Shown here: positions 27,424-36,425 of the stretch, in pieces
How positions within the stretch are numbered: the stretch's first letter is position 1
Layout of the letters: each line of letters begins with the position of its first letter
From: Candidatus Rikenella faecigallinarum
GTDB taxonomy: Bacteria; Bacteroidota; Bacteroidia; Bacteroidales; Rikenellaceae
DNA length: 64,000 nt
Assembly: GCA_019113395.1 (NCBI GenBank)
Contig: DXHL01000032.1
Coordinates: 39,034-103,033, forward strand
Reading direction: 5' to 3'
The notes under the pieces: model-generated
What the model was told of the DNA's origin: nothing
Database searches by the model: none
Seen by the model: only the letters and a program-made list of their open reading frames with translations
Made by a program: the position numbers and the translations under genes

Positions 27424-27431
27424 CAAATGTA
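27424..27431 (-). promoter_or_regulatory. -7 box TAcaTTTG for the His-rich lipoprotein gene
   Basis: Exact TAnnTTTG on the minus strand, 25 nt upstream of ATG 27399. Confidence 0.55.
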
Positions 27432-27494
27432 ACAATAAATGTCATTACACCCGCTCACCCTGCAAACATCATCGTCCTCAACGCCTTGGAACAA

Positions 27495-27530
27495 AAAAAT
27501 CTTCACTCACGAACATGAGTGAAGATTTTT
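27495..27530 (-). terminator. Terminator of the tRNA Thr-Tyr-Gly operon
   Basis: Minus strand: aaaaatcttcactca tgttcg tgagtgaagattttt then ttgttcc. A 15-bp stem running into a U tract, 23 nt past the tRNA-Gly 3' end. Confidence 0.8.
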
Positions 27531-27552
27531 AACAGCCTTCCCTGAAAGGCCC

Positions 27553-27628
27553 TGGAGCGGAAGACGAGGTTCGAACTCGCGACCCTCAGCTTGGGAAGCT
27601 GATGCTCTACCAACTGAGCTACTTCCGC
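27553..27628 (-). tRNA. tRNA-Gly (anticodon CCC), CCA encoded
   Basis: The reverse complement folds as a cloverleaf: GCGGAAG TA GCTC AGTTGGTA GAGC A TCAGC TTCCCAA GCTGA GGGTC GCGAG TTCGAAC CTCGT CTTCCGC T CCA. Confidence 0.95.
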
Positions 27629-27743
27629 AGATATGTTGTGTAAAGGTAATGTTTTCCGTGCAATTCACCAAACACTGACCTTCTGGCCTCCCTCTCTCAT
27701 TGCCTCTCATCCCCTCACCTACAGCCCCCTTCTTTCACCTAAG

Positions 27744-27826
27744 TGGGCGGAGATGGATTCGAACCACCGAAGGCGTGCGCCAGCAGATTTACAGTCTGCC
27801 CCATTTGGCCACTCTGGTATCCGCCC
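27744..27826 (-). tRNA. tRNA-Tyr (anticodon GTA), class II long variable arm
   Basis: Reverse complement GGGCGGA...GCAGA CTGTAAA TCTGC TGGCGCACGCCTTC GGTGG TTCGAAT CCATC TCCGCCC A. 83 nt, no encoded CCA. Confidence 0.95.
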
Positions 27827-27836
27827 GAACAGCAAG

Positions 27837-27910
27837 AGCCGATGGAGGGATTCGAACCCCCGACCAGCTGATTACAAATCAGCTGCTCTGGCCAACTGAG
27901 CTACATCGGC
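27837..27910 (-). tRNA. tRNA-Thr (anticodon TGT)
   Basis: Reverse complement GCCGATG TA GCTC AGTTGGCCA GAGC A GCTGA TTTGTAA TCAGC TGGTC GGGGG TTCGAAT CCCTC CATCGGC T. 74 nt. Confidence 0.95.
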
Positions 27911-27923
27911 TTTTTTGCGAGTG

Positions 27924-27931
27924 CAAAGATA
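27924..27931 (-). promoter_or_regulatory. -7 box TAtcTTTG for the tRNA Thr-Tyr-Gly operon
   Basis: Exact TAnnTTTG on the minus strand, 14 nt upstream of the tRNA-Thr 5' end (27910). Confidence 0.65.
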
Positions 27932-27983
27932 CGAACAATTCCGAGTCTGACAAGTCCGGGGGCAAAAAATCCGCAAAAAAGTG

Positions 27984-27991
27984 TACTTTTG
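27984..27991 (+). promoter_or_regulatory. -7 box TActTTTG for obg
   Basis: Exact TAnnTTTG, 62 nt upstream of ATG 28053. Confidence 0.55.
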
Positions 27992-28052
27992 TTTTGGGTG
28001 CGGCACGCCGTTTGCGGCCGGCATACCATGTAACCAAGACCTTACACATACG

Positions 28053-29063
28053 ATGGCCTCTTCCAACTTTGTCGATTACGTCAAGATATATGCCCGTTCG
28101 GGCAACGGTGGTCCGGGTTCGAGCCACTTCCGCCGTGAAAAGTTCATTGAGTTCGGCGGCCCCGACGGCGGGGACGGCGGACGAGGCGGACACGTCATCC
28201 TGCGCGGCAACAGCCAGTATTGGACCCTTATCCACCTCAAGTACCAGCGCCACCAGATGGCCGAAAACGGCGAGGGGGGCGGCGGAGCCAAGACCCACGG
28301 TCGCAACGGGAAGGACATCGTGTTGGAGGTGCCGCTCGGGACGGTGGCCAAGGATGCCGAGAGCGGCGAGGTGGTGGCCGAGGTGACCGAAGACGGCCAG
28401 GAGGTCATTCTGGTGCGGGGCGGCCGTGGAGGGCTGGGCAACTGGCACTTCCGTACGGCCACGAACCAGGCGCCGCGCTATGCCCAACCCGGAGAACCGA
28501 TGCAGGAGGGGTGGTTTATTCTGGAGTTGAAGGTGTTGGCCGATGTGGGACTGGTCGGTTTCCCGAATGCCGGCAAATCGACCCTGCTCTCCGTGGTATC
28601 GGCCGCCAAACCCAAGATTGCCGACTACGCCTTTACCACCCTTGAACCCAACCTGGGAATTGTACAAGTACGCGACGGCCATTCGTTTGTAATGGCCGAC
28701 ATCCCCGGTATTATCGAGGGAGCGCACGAGGGACGGGGCATAGGGACGCGATTTCTGCGCCACATCGAGCGCAACTCCGTGCTGCTCTTTATGGTTCCGG
28801 CCGACACGAAGGAGATTGTCGCCGAGTACAACATTCTGCTCAACGAGTTGCGGCAGTACAATCCCGAGATGCTCGACAAGCAGCGGCTGCTGGCCATCAC
28901 CAAGAGCGACCTGCTGGACGAGGAGCTGACCGAGGGGCTCACCCACGAAATTGAGGCGGCGCCGGAGTTGCACGGGATACCCTATCTCTTTATCTCGTCG
29001 GCCACGGGACTGCACATTCGGGAGTTGAAAGACCTGCTGTGGCAGACCCTGACGCGGGATTAG
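28053..29063 (+). CDS. obg: GTPase Obg/CgtA
   Basis: Trimmed to ATG 28053 ([31 protein letters not shown]). Gly-rich Obg fold [17 protein letters not shown]1 [11 protein letters not shown] and G3 DIPG. Confidence 0.95.
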   Translation: MASSNFVDYVKIYARSGNGGPGSSHFRREKFIEFGGPDGGDGGRGGHVILRGNSQYWTLIHLKYQRHQMAENGEGGGGAKTHGRNGKDIVLEVPLGTVAKDAESGEVVAEVTEDGQEVILVRGGRGGLGNWHFRTATNQAPRYAQPGEPMQEGWFILELKVLADVGLVGFPNAGKSTLLSVVSAAKPKIADYAFTTLEPNLGIVQVRDGHSFVMADIPGIIEGAHEGRGIGTRFLRHIERNSVLLFMVPADTKEIVAEYNILLNELRQYNPEMLDKQRLLAITKSDLLDEELTEGLTHEIEAAPELHGIPYLFISSATGLHIRELKDLLWQTLTRD

Positions 29064-29197
29064 GGTTTATGGACCTGCCTGTGCGGCATCGTACAATCCT
29101 TTGATTTCTCCCTAAGAAACCGCAACAATAATTCGGTTTCGCATGGCGTTTTACAAGATAGAACCCTTATCTTAACCCAAACGCCAAACCGCCTATC

Positions 29198-30787
29198 ATG
29201 CCTTCCCTTAACTGCACCTTCTACGGAGGAGCGTTAGTTCTGCTCGCTCTTTTGTGGAACGCTCCCGCCATCGCACAAGAGACCCCCGAGCCATTCCTGA
29301 CCCCCGAACAACGTGCCGAAGAGGTCGATTTTATCGTTCGACAAATCGACTCCGTCTACGTCTACGGCCGCCGCGGCCTCAGCGACTCGGCCTGGGATGC
29401 CCGCGTGCGCTACATCCACCGCCGTGCAGCCGACGCCCGTAACCTGAACGAATACTATTACGCCCTGCGCTACATGGGACTCCTGATATCGGATGCCCAT
29501 TTTGAGTTTCCCAACGGCGGGTACTACAACCGCCACCGGCTCTTCCAGCCCACCGACACCTTGTTCCCACTCTTCACCCGTGCGTGGCACGACGGCCGCA
29601 CCTATGTGGTACGGGACTATTCCGAACATCTGCCCAAGAATGCACGTCTGCTGCGCATCAACGGCCTGTCGGTAGACACCATGGCATGCCTGCTCAACGC
29701 CATCCCCTCCGGCGAACGCGAAGCGCGCGGATACGGCAAACACAACCCCCTCAGTACACAGTGGCAGTACAGTCTTATGAACCACCTCTTTATGGAGGGG
29801 ATACGCGCACCGTTTCGGGTGGAATATACTCTACCGGGGAGCACCCGCATCGACACCGTGACTCTCGCAGGGATGACCCGCGAAACACTGCACAAAAAGT
29901 ATAAAAAACTCGACCAGCCCAAAGGAGACAACCTTTGGAGCCTCTTTTTCGGCAGCAAAACCTTCCGTTACAAACGATTCGACGAGCACAGCGCCCTGCT
30001 GACCTTCAACTCCTTTTGGGGTGAGAATATGCTGGCCCTGCTCCTCTTCAACCGCGACCGCAACTATCCGCGTCGGCTCAAACGGGTTATGACACGCATA
30101 GACCGCCACGACATCGACACGCTGGTGATTGACATCAGCCGCAACGGCGGAGGCATGACTCAAAACGTATACCAAACCCTGAACTACCTGACCGACCGCC
30201 CCGTCGATGCGAATGCCGCCTACCGCGTAACCGACCACAACCGCGGCAAAATCAAAACCCTGCTGGAAAATCGCGACGACGAACTCTTCGGCATTACCCC
30301 CGAGCAGAAAACGCGACTCATAGCCGCCGTAGACAGCATTCCCTCGGGCAGTTTTTTGGAGACCAACAACCTCTGCAACTACACCTACCGACCCGACTCC
30401 ACTCTGAAGCATCGGTTCCACGGGACGCTCTACCTGCTGACCGGCTACGGCACCTACTCTGCAGCCCAGCTCTTTGCACAATATTTTCGGGAATTGGGAC
30501 TGGGCAAGACCGCCGGCCAACACTGCGGCGGATACGGGAGCATCAGCGGAGGCAACTCGGCCCAAGTACCGCTGCCCTACTCATCCTTTCATTTGAATAT
30601 TCCTTATGCTACGCTGCGTAACGATGTGCACGCACCCCGTTTCGGATTCGATTCGGTGAATATTCCTTTTTCCGACGAACCCACCTTCGAGGAGTGGTAC
30701 AACGAAGAGAAACCACGCGACTGGCGCAATGCCTTTATCGATTGGCTGCGCGAACAACGGACAGCAAGCAACAACACTCTCGATTAA
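29198..30787 (+). CDS. Peptidase S41 family protein (secreted)
   Basis: 529 aa with a signal peptide (GGALVLLALLWNAPAIAQE). S41-like core LVIDISRNGGGMTQN ... LTGYGTYSAAQLFAQYF. Family call is from motifs only. Confidence 0.75.
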   Translation: MPSLNCTFYGGALVLLALLWNAPAIAQETPEPFLTPEQRAEEVDFIVRQIDSVYVYGRRGLSDSAWDARVRYIHRRAADARNLNEYYYALRYMGLLISDAHFEFPNGGYYNRHRLFQPTDTLFPLFTRAWHDGRTYVVRDYSEHLPKNARLLRINGLSVDTMACLLNAIPSGEREARGYGKHNPLSTQWQYSLMNHLFMEGIRAPFRVEYTLPGSTRIDTVTLAGMTRETLHKKYKKLDQPKGDNLWSLFFGSKTFRYKRFDEHSALLTFNSFWGENMLALLLFNRDRNYPRRLKRVMTRIDRHDIDTLVIDISRNGGGMTQNVYQTLNYLTDRPVDANAAYRVTDHNRGKIKTLLENRDDELFGITPEQKTRLIAAVDSIPSGSFLETNNLCNYTYRPDSTLKHRFHGTLYLLTGYGTYSAAQLFAQYFRELGLGKTAGQHCGGYGSISGGNSAQVPLPYSSFHLNIPYATLRNDVHAPRFGFDSVNIPFSDEPTFEEWYNEEKPRDWRNAFIDWLREQRTASNNTLD

Positions 30788-30802
30788 AACCAACGGAGTG
30801 TT

Positions 30803-31822
30803 TTAGTCCAGCTTTATTTTCGCTGCCAACACCCGTTCCACAATCTTTTCGTCGGGTACAAAGCGTCGTCCTTCGGTCTGCATGGTGTTCAGTCCCAGCC
30901 GTTCCACCGCTACGGCCACCGCCTCATCCGCCGCCAACGGTTCACCCGCCAGACGTTGCCCCGCTTCGACCAGCACCCACTCGGGCAACAGCCCTATCAC
31001 CTCCGTCCCGGTTACCCGTCGGCCGTGTCGGCGCGCTGCGGCCGACACGGCCGCATAAGCCTCGTCCAGCCCCGTCGCGTGCATATCGGTCAAGTTGGTC
31101 GAGACCTGCGCAAAACGATACTCCTCAATCCACCACCCGATGGCCTTCACCCCTGCAAGCGACCACTCGCCATGCGTTGCAGCCCGCACCTCCCGCGCCA
31201 CCGCTTTCGCCGCTGCCACATCGGCCTGAGGGTCAGCGGTCGGCGCCAGATTAAAATTCACCGCACCCAAAAAGTCGCGCGCCCCAATCACCGACGCCCC
31301 ACTGCGCGCCACGGTCTCATTCCATACGGTGGACCCGTAATCGGGTCGCCACATCGGGTCAGCCAGTTTCGCCCGCAGCCCTTCATACTCCCCTTTACGG
31401 CACGCCTCCAGGCCGCGTCGATAGTCGGCCGAGGCTGCCGCCTCATAGCAATAGACAGGTATCCCCAACTCCTCGGCCACACGCTCCGCCAGTCCTCTTG
31501 CCATCGCTGCACACTCTGCCAAAGTCACCCCCCGCACCGGCACCAACGGCAACACGTCGGTCGCCCCAATCCGCGGATGCTCGCCCTGATGGCTTTGCAT
31601 ATCAATCCGCTCGGCCGCCACCCGGACTGCTCGAAAGGCCGCCTCCACCACCGCCTGTGGCTCACCGGCAAAGGTCACCACCGTCCGATTGGCTGCCGCT
31701 CCGCTATCCACATGCAACACCGCCGCCCCGGCCACACTCCCTGCCGCTGCTACGATTGCTTCGATAATTTCCCTGTCGTGTCCCTCGCTGAAATTGGGGA
31801 CACACTCTATGATTTGTTCCAT
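30803..31822 (-). CDS. ftcD: Glutamate formimidoyltransferase
   Basis: The track start at 31828 is TTG; ATG 31822 gives MEQIIECVPNFSEGHD..., the signature N-terminus. HPRIGATDVLPLVPV. No cyclodeaminase domain. Confidence 0.9.
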   Translation of the reverse strand: MEQIIECVPNFSEGHDREIIEAIVAAAGSVAGAAVLHVDSGAAANRTVVTFAGEPQAVVEAAFRAVRVAAERIDMQSHQGEHPRIGATDVLPLVPVRGVTLAECAAMARGLAERVAEELGIPVYCYEAAASADYRRGLEACRKGEYEGLRAKLADPMWRPDYGSTVWNETVARSGASVIGARDFLGAVNFNLAPTADPQADVAAAKAVAREVRAATHGEWSLAGVKAIGWWIEEYRFAQVSTNLTDMHATGLDEAYAAVSAAARRHGRRVTGTEVIGLLPEWVLVEAGQRLAGEPLAADEAVAVAVERLGLNTMQTEGRRFVPDEKIVERVLAAKIKLD

Positions 31823-32188
31823 TTCCAATTGTTATTGCATCCCACCCCGACGGTCCGAACCCACATTCCCTTATTTTCAGTCCAACTCGCAATCGACCAA
31901 GGAAAGAATACAGTATGCTGTGACAAGTCTCTTTCAACCCATAGCACATCACCTCGGGAGCAGCCGGCGGAGAAATGCAAACAATGTGCGGTAGCGCATT
32001 CTTGCGGTTCTCCGCATCCCCGCGGCTGCGAACCGCAACGGTTTCTGACGAAACCGTATCTTTTCATACTCAAGTCAGACCGCATTTGCTCTGTCACAAT
32101 CCTACGGCGCAACCGTATCTCTCTATCCGAATACAATTTCACCCTCAACCGACCCCTGTTTCGACAGAAACCATTTTTCTCACCCCCC

Positions 32189-33019
32189 TTAAAACCCCTC
32201 AATCGCCGGAAACAAATCCAACCCCGTGAGACGCTCCACACTATCCATCGTCACCTCAAAATCGACATAGCCATGCCCCACGAGACGTTCCGCATCGTTC
32301 GGCATCACATAGGCCTCACCCGTAAACGCATCCGCCTCGCGCAACACAACCGCCTTAAAGAACAAAGCCGGCACCGCCACACCCGAACCGATGGTCGGCA
32401 ACTCCTCATCGAGCAATGCCCCCACCACGATATACAATGTATCGTAATCGGCCGTCTGTTTCCGCAGATGCTCTTCGAGCAATTTCCACGCTCCCCGATT
32501 CAGTTTGGGCAGTTGGGGAGCCATATTGGAATAGAGAAAGGTAGCCCGATTGGCAGCTGCGGATGAGGTACGGTCGGCCGAAGGCAGCAAATGACCCCGG
32601 TCATAGCCGCTGCCCTTGTAGTCGGCATGGGTAGCCGACGGCCAGCCGTACCTTTCAAGCAACGCATCTTCCCGAAAAGCATCGCTGCGGGAGGCCTCGC
32701 CCGACACATCGGAACGCGTCAGTTTGTATGCCACCCAGCGCGACACTTTACACGAAGGAGCGTAAAGAAACGTATAACGTCCCTCGGCATTGTAAATCAC
32801 CGTATCGTTTCCCGCCAAAGCGGGCAGTTCGAGACCCCCGCACGCAACGACCGGCACCCCGCTCACCGGAAGCGGAGGTTCGACTGGTCTGATGCGGTGC
32901 GAACAGGCTATCGCCACCACCGCCAGCGCCAGCCAGAAAAGAATCCAGTTGCGAGCCGCGCGGGGCAGTGAACGGCGTCCCGTGCGACGACGATGCGAGG
33001 AGTGTTTGCGGGCTTTCAT
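32189..33019 (-). CDS. DNA/RNA non-specific endonuclease (NucA/EndoG family), membrane-anchored or secreted
   Basis: Trimmed to ATG 33019 (MKARKHSSHRRRTGRRSLPRAARNWILFWLALAVVAIAC). Active-site DRGHLLPSAD and YSNMAPQ. Confidence 0.88.
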   Translation of the reverse strand: MKARKHSSHRRRTGRRSLPRAARNWILFWLALAVVAIACSHRIRPVEPPLPVSGVPVVACGGLELPALAGNDTVIYNAEGRYTFLYAPSCKVSRWVAYKLTRSDVSGEASRSDAFREDALLERYGWPSATHADYKGSGYDRGHLLPSADRTSSAAANRATFLYSNMAPQLPKLNRGAWKLLEEHLRKQTADYDTLYIVVGALLDEELPTIGSGVAVPALFFKAVVLREADAFTGEAYVMPNDAERLVGHGYVDFEVTMDSVERLTGLDLFPAIEGF

Positions 33020-33036
33020 AACAGAGGTAAAGATAC

Positions 33037-33093
33037 AAAAAAAGCAGTTCCGACGGGGTTTGTTCGCGGGCTGCGAACAAACCCCGTCGGAAC
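33037..33093 (-). terminator. Terminator after the yczE-like gene
   Basis: Minus strand: gttccgacggggtttgttcgc agccc gcgaacaaaccccgtcggaac then tgcttttttt. A 21-bp perfect stem plus U7. Confidence 0.85.
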
Positions 33094-33138
33094 CGGGCAG
33101 ACATCGGCCGAGCGGCATTCCACCCTGCCGAACAACAA

Positions 33139-33810
33139 CTACCGCCAGATAGAGAGCAGACGATTCAGCATACGCCGCGTCATAATTTTATTATTCAGGA
33201 AGCTGACAATGTACCCCGTCATGCAAGCCGCAATCACCGAGCCTTCACGCACCCCTTCGACATATCGGGTAAAAATAAGCGACAGGATAACAGCCATCAG
33301 CACCAGGGTCACATCGAAACGCACCTTGACCTTTCCGAACTCCATGTTATAGCGTTGAGAAGCGTATTTTACAAAGGCTTCGGCACTCATCATGGCCACC
33401 CGGGGTTTGATTTCGAGCACCACGCCGACAGCCTGCACCACACACCCCACTAGCAACAGCAGCAGCGACATGGCATAGTTGGCAGGTACCAGTCCGCGGG
33501 TCAGGGCCATATTGAGGTCGATAAAGGCCGCAAAGAGAAACGAGAAGGGGATTTGGAGCAGAATTTCGACCGTATCCTGTCGGCTGCGCCGCTCGCGAAT
33601 CAGCCAGAACTGACCGACAATCAGCAACATGTTAATCAGGAAGGTACATACTCCGAGCGAGAGCGGACTGTTGAGGCTCATCACGTAGTTCACGCTGGAG
33701 ATAGGGGTTGTGCCGAGAGCCGAGCGGACAATCAGCACCACGCCGGCCGACAGAAAATAGAGGCCGAAAACAAACATCAGGTAACGCCAAGCGTTCTCTT
33801 TCCAATTCAT
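33139..33810 (-). CDS. YczE/DUF6198-like integral membrane protein
   Basis: Trimmed to ATG 33810 (MNWKENAWRYLMFVFGLYFLSAGVVLIVRSALGTTPISSV). About 6 TM helices. Family call is tentative. Confidence 0.65.
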   Translation of the reverse strand: MNWKENAWRYLMFVFGLYFLSAGVVLIVRSALGTTPISSVNYVMSLNSPLSLGVCTFLINMLLIVGQFWLIRERRSRQDTVEILLQIPFSFLFAAFIDLNMALTRGLVPANYAMSLLLLLVGCVVQAVGVVLEIKPRVAMMSAEAFVKYASQRYNMEFGKVKVRFDVTLVLMAVILSLIFTRYVEGVREGSVIAACMTGYIVSFLNNKIMTRRMLNRLLSIWR

Positions 33811-33945
33811 AGAACGAACAATCCTTTCTTTCAAAAACGGTGCAAAGGTCGTGATTTTCAACCGGAGCAGCGTTATCCGATTCGACACAATTTTTGCCTT
33901 TTACGAAACAATATCCTACTTTTACAACTGAATCCACCCTGAAAT

Positions 33946-34836
33946 ATGGTCAAATCACGCATCTTCGACAACAGCCGTCTGTTGACCGCACACCCCGGCA
34001 TTCCGCACTATCGGGATGAAATAGTCTGCTTTGCCAGCCGCTATGAAGACCGCAGCTATCCGGCCGACGAGTGTTATTTCAATCGGGAGCTGTACCTGAT
34101 ACTCATCCAGGAAGGACGCTCCGAGATACGGCTCAACGGCACTCCTCTGACCCTCACGGCCAACACCCTGCTGCTGCACGGTCCCCACTACCTCACCGAC
34201 CACCTCTACTCCAGCCCCGACATTCATTTTATGACGCTGGCCATCGGAGAGAGCCTCCGCACCGACAATGCCTACCTTGCTCAGACCACCACCCTGTTAC
34301 TGGAATTGATGCAGCACAACGGTCAGTTCACCATCCCCCTGACCGCACCCGAGAGCCATACCCTGCTACAGGAGTTGACCGCCCTCACGGCGCTGCTCGG
34401 CACCGACCATCGTTTCCTGCGCCAACGGATTCAAACGGCCTGTCTGGCGCTTTTTCTGGACATTGCCGACATGCTCTCCCACAAACACATCATCACCCGC
34501 CGCCCCACCCGTCGCGAACACCTCCTTGCCGAATTTCACACCCTGGCCACACAACACTTTCGCGAACAACACTTCATTCACTTTTATGCCGACCGTCTGG
34601 CCATCAGCGAACAGTATCTCTCGCGTATTGTCCGCCGGGGCACAGGAAAAAGCGTCGGCCAAATTCTGAACGACCTGCTGACCATGGAGGCCTCCACCCT
34701 GCTCGACACCACCAAAGAGAGCATCGGAGAGATTGCCCTGCGCCTGGGGTTCAGCGACACGCCGGGGTTTTGCAAGTTCTTCCGTCGGCAAACCGGTCTC
34801 ACACCGCTGGGTTTTCGCAAAAGAGCGCATTTGTAA
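33946..34836 (+). CDS. AraC family transcriptional regulator
   Basis: 296 aa. N-terminal cupin-like sensor and C-terminal double HTH (...LSRIVRRGTGKSVGQILNDLL...IGEIALRLGFSDTPGFCKFFRRQTGLTPLGFR). Confidence 0.9.
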   Translation: MVKSRIFDNSRLLTAHPGIPHYRDEIVCFASRYEDRSYPADECYFNRELYLILIQEGRSEIRLNGTPLTLTANTLLLHGPHYLTDHLYSSPDIHFMTLAIGESLRTDNAYLAQTTTLLLELMQHNGQFTIPLTAPESHTLLQELTALTALLGTDHRFLRQRIQTACLALFLDIADMLSHKHIITRRPTRREHLLAEFHTLATQHFREQHFIHFYADRLAISEQYLSRIVRRGTGKSVGQILNDLLTMEASTLLDTTKESIGEIALRLGFSDTPGFCKFFRRQTGLTPLGFRKRAHL

Positions 34837-34884
34837 CCCCACCGACACCTGAGGCGGCACAACTTTCACTATCTTTACGCCACG

Positions 34885-36159
34885 ATGAAACAGCGAAAAC
34901 CCACCCTCACCTTTGGCGATGCCCTCAAGCGCCATCGGGCCACCGCCTTCGGGGCGATGATAAAACCGGTCGGCGCCACCTGCAACCTGGAGTGCACCTA
35001 CTGTTACTACCTCGACAAACTGCTCCAGGCACCCAAAGTACGCCCCTCGGACGTGATGAGCGACGAGTTGCTCGAAGAGTTTATCCAGCAATATATTCAG
35101 GGGAATCAGGTCCCTGTGGTATCGTTCTGCTGGCACGGGGGAGAACCGTTGCTGGCGGGTCTCGATTTTTTCCGACGGGCCATGGAGTTGCAGGAGAAAT
35201 ACCGCGGAGAGAAACAAATCGAAAACTCGCTCCAAACCAACGGCACCCTGATAACGGCCGAATGGGCACAATTCTTTGCCGAACACCATTTTCTAGTGGG
35301 CGTCTCCATCGACGGCCCGGCCGACATCCACAATGCCAACCGCCTGAACCGCGGCGGCGAACCCACCTTTGACCGCGTGATGCGCGGTATCGAGCTGCTG
35401 GCCATGAACGGTGCTGAGTTCAACACCCTCTCAGCCGTGAGTGCCGCCTCCGAAGGACGCGGACGCGACATCTACCGTTTTATGAAAAGCATCGGCAGCC
35501 GTTTCATGCAATTTCTGCCGGTAGTAGAGCACACCAAACGGGTTGAAGGATGGCCGCGAGAGGTGATTGTCAGTCCCGACACGCCCGATGCGCATCGAGC
35601 CGAATGGTCGGTGACGGCAGCCGGGTACGGCCGCTTCCTGAACGACATCTTCGACGAGTGGGTGACGGGCGACGTGGGTACCTACTTCGTGCAGATGTTC
35701 GACGCTACGCTGGCCGGCTGGTGCGGCGTGCGGCCCGGACTGTGCGCCTTTTGCGAAACCTGCGGCGATGCGCTGGTCGTGGAGCACAACGGCGACGTCT
35801 ATTCCTGCGACCACTTCGTCTACCCCGAATACCGCCTCGGGAACATTGCCACCGACCACCTGCGCACCCTCTTCGAAAGCCAGGAACAGTTCCGTTTCGG
35901 ACTCAACAAGCGCAACTCCCTGCCCAACGAGTGTCGGCGTTGCAACTACCTGCACCTGTGTCACGGCGAGTGTCCCAAACACCGTTTCACACCCTCGCGT
36001 ACAGCGCCTGACGAACGCATCAATGCCCTATGCGACAGCCTCACAGCTTTCTACAAACACAGCGAACCCTACATGCTCAAGATGAGAGAGCTGATAACCA
36101 ACGGACAACCTGCCGCACTGGTTATTCCCTGGGCCCGCAGTCGCATGGGGCTGCTATAA
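34885..36159 (+). CDS. Anaerobic sulfatase-maturating enzyme (radical SAM/SPASM)
   Basis: 424 aa. Radical-SAM CNLECTYCYY. C-terminal SPASM Cys clusters (CAFCETCG, CDHF, CRRCNYLHLCHGEC). No sulfatase gene is adjacent. Confidence 0.92.
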   Translation: MKQRKPTLTFGDALKRHRATAFGAMIKPVGATCNLECTYCYYLDKLLQAPKVRPSDVMSDELLEEFIQQYIQGNQVPVVSFCWHGGEPLLAGLDFFRRAMELQEKYRGEKQIENSLQTNGTLITAEWAQFFAEHHFLVGVSIDGPADIHNANRLNRGGEPTFDRVMRGIELLAMNGAEFNTLSAVSAASEGRGRDIYRFMKSIGSRFMQFLPVVEHTKRVEGWPREVIVSPDTPDAHRAEWSVTAAGYGRFLNDIFDEWVTGDVGTYFVQMFDATLAGWCGVRPGLCAFCETCGDALVVEHNGDVYSCDHFVYPEYRLGNIATDHLRTLFESQEQFRFGLNKRNSLPNECRRCNYLHLCHGECPKHRFTPSRTAPDERINALCDSLTAFYKHSEPYMLKMRELITNGQPAALVIPWARSRMGLL

Positions 36160-36175
36160 ACTGCCCCCTTTACTC

Positions 36176-36219
36176 ATCGAAAGAGGCGTTGGAGAATTCC
36201 CTCCAACGCCTCTTTCGAT
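36176..36219 (+). terminator. Hairpin after the anSME gene
   Basis: atcgaaagaggcgttggag aattcc ctccaacgcctctttcgat. A 19-bp perfect stem with a weak T tract. Confidence 0.7.
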
Positions 36220-36331
36220 TCTGCGCCTCCCCCACCAGAACAAAATCTCCACAATTTCGCATATCTCTACACAAAACACAACATTTAGATATTAATTTCG
36301 GTCACTTTCATAAGCCCATAAGAATATTTAT

Positions 36332-36339
36332 TATATTTG
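36332..36339 (+). promoter_or_regulatory. -7 box TAtaTTTG for the resolvase-like gene
   Basis: Exact TAnnTTTG inside the AT-rich stretch 36240-36420, 87 nt upstream of ATG 36426. Confidence 0.5.
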
Positions 36340-36425
36340 CTGATAGAGGTTTATAATATTTGAAATACTGACAAAAATAAACCTAATTATTTAAAATACA
36401 ACCAGCCTAACTAGTACGAGTGGAT

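Noticed and set aside
27507-28386. Track ORFs 27507..27710, 27633..27899, 27700..28386 and 27879..29015 around the tRNA cluster and obg
   Set aside because: They read straight through tRNA genes or antisense to obg, so they are not coding.
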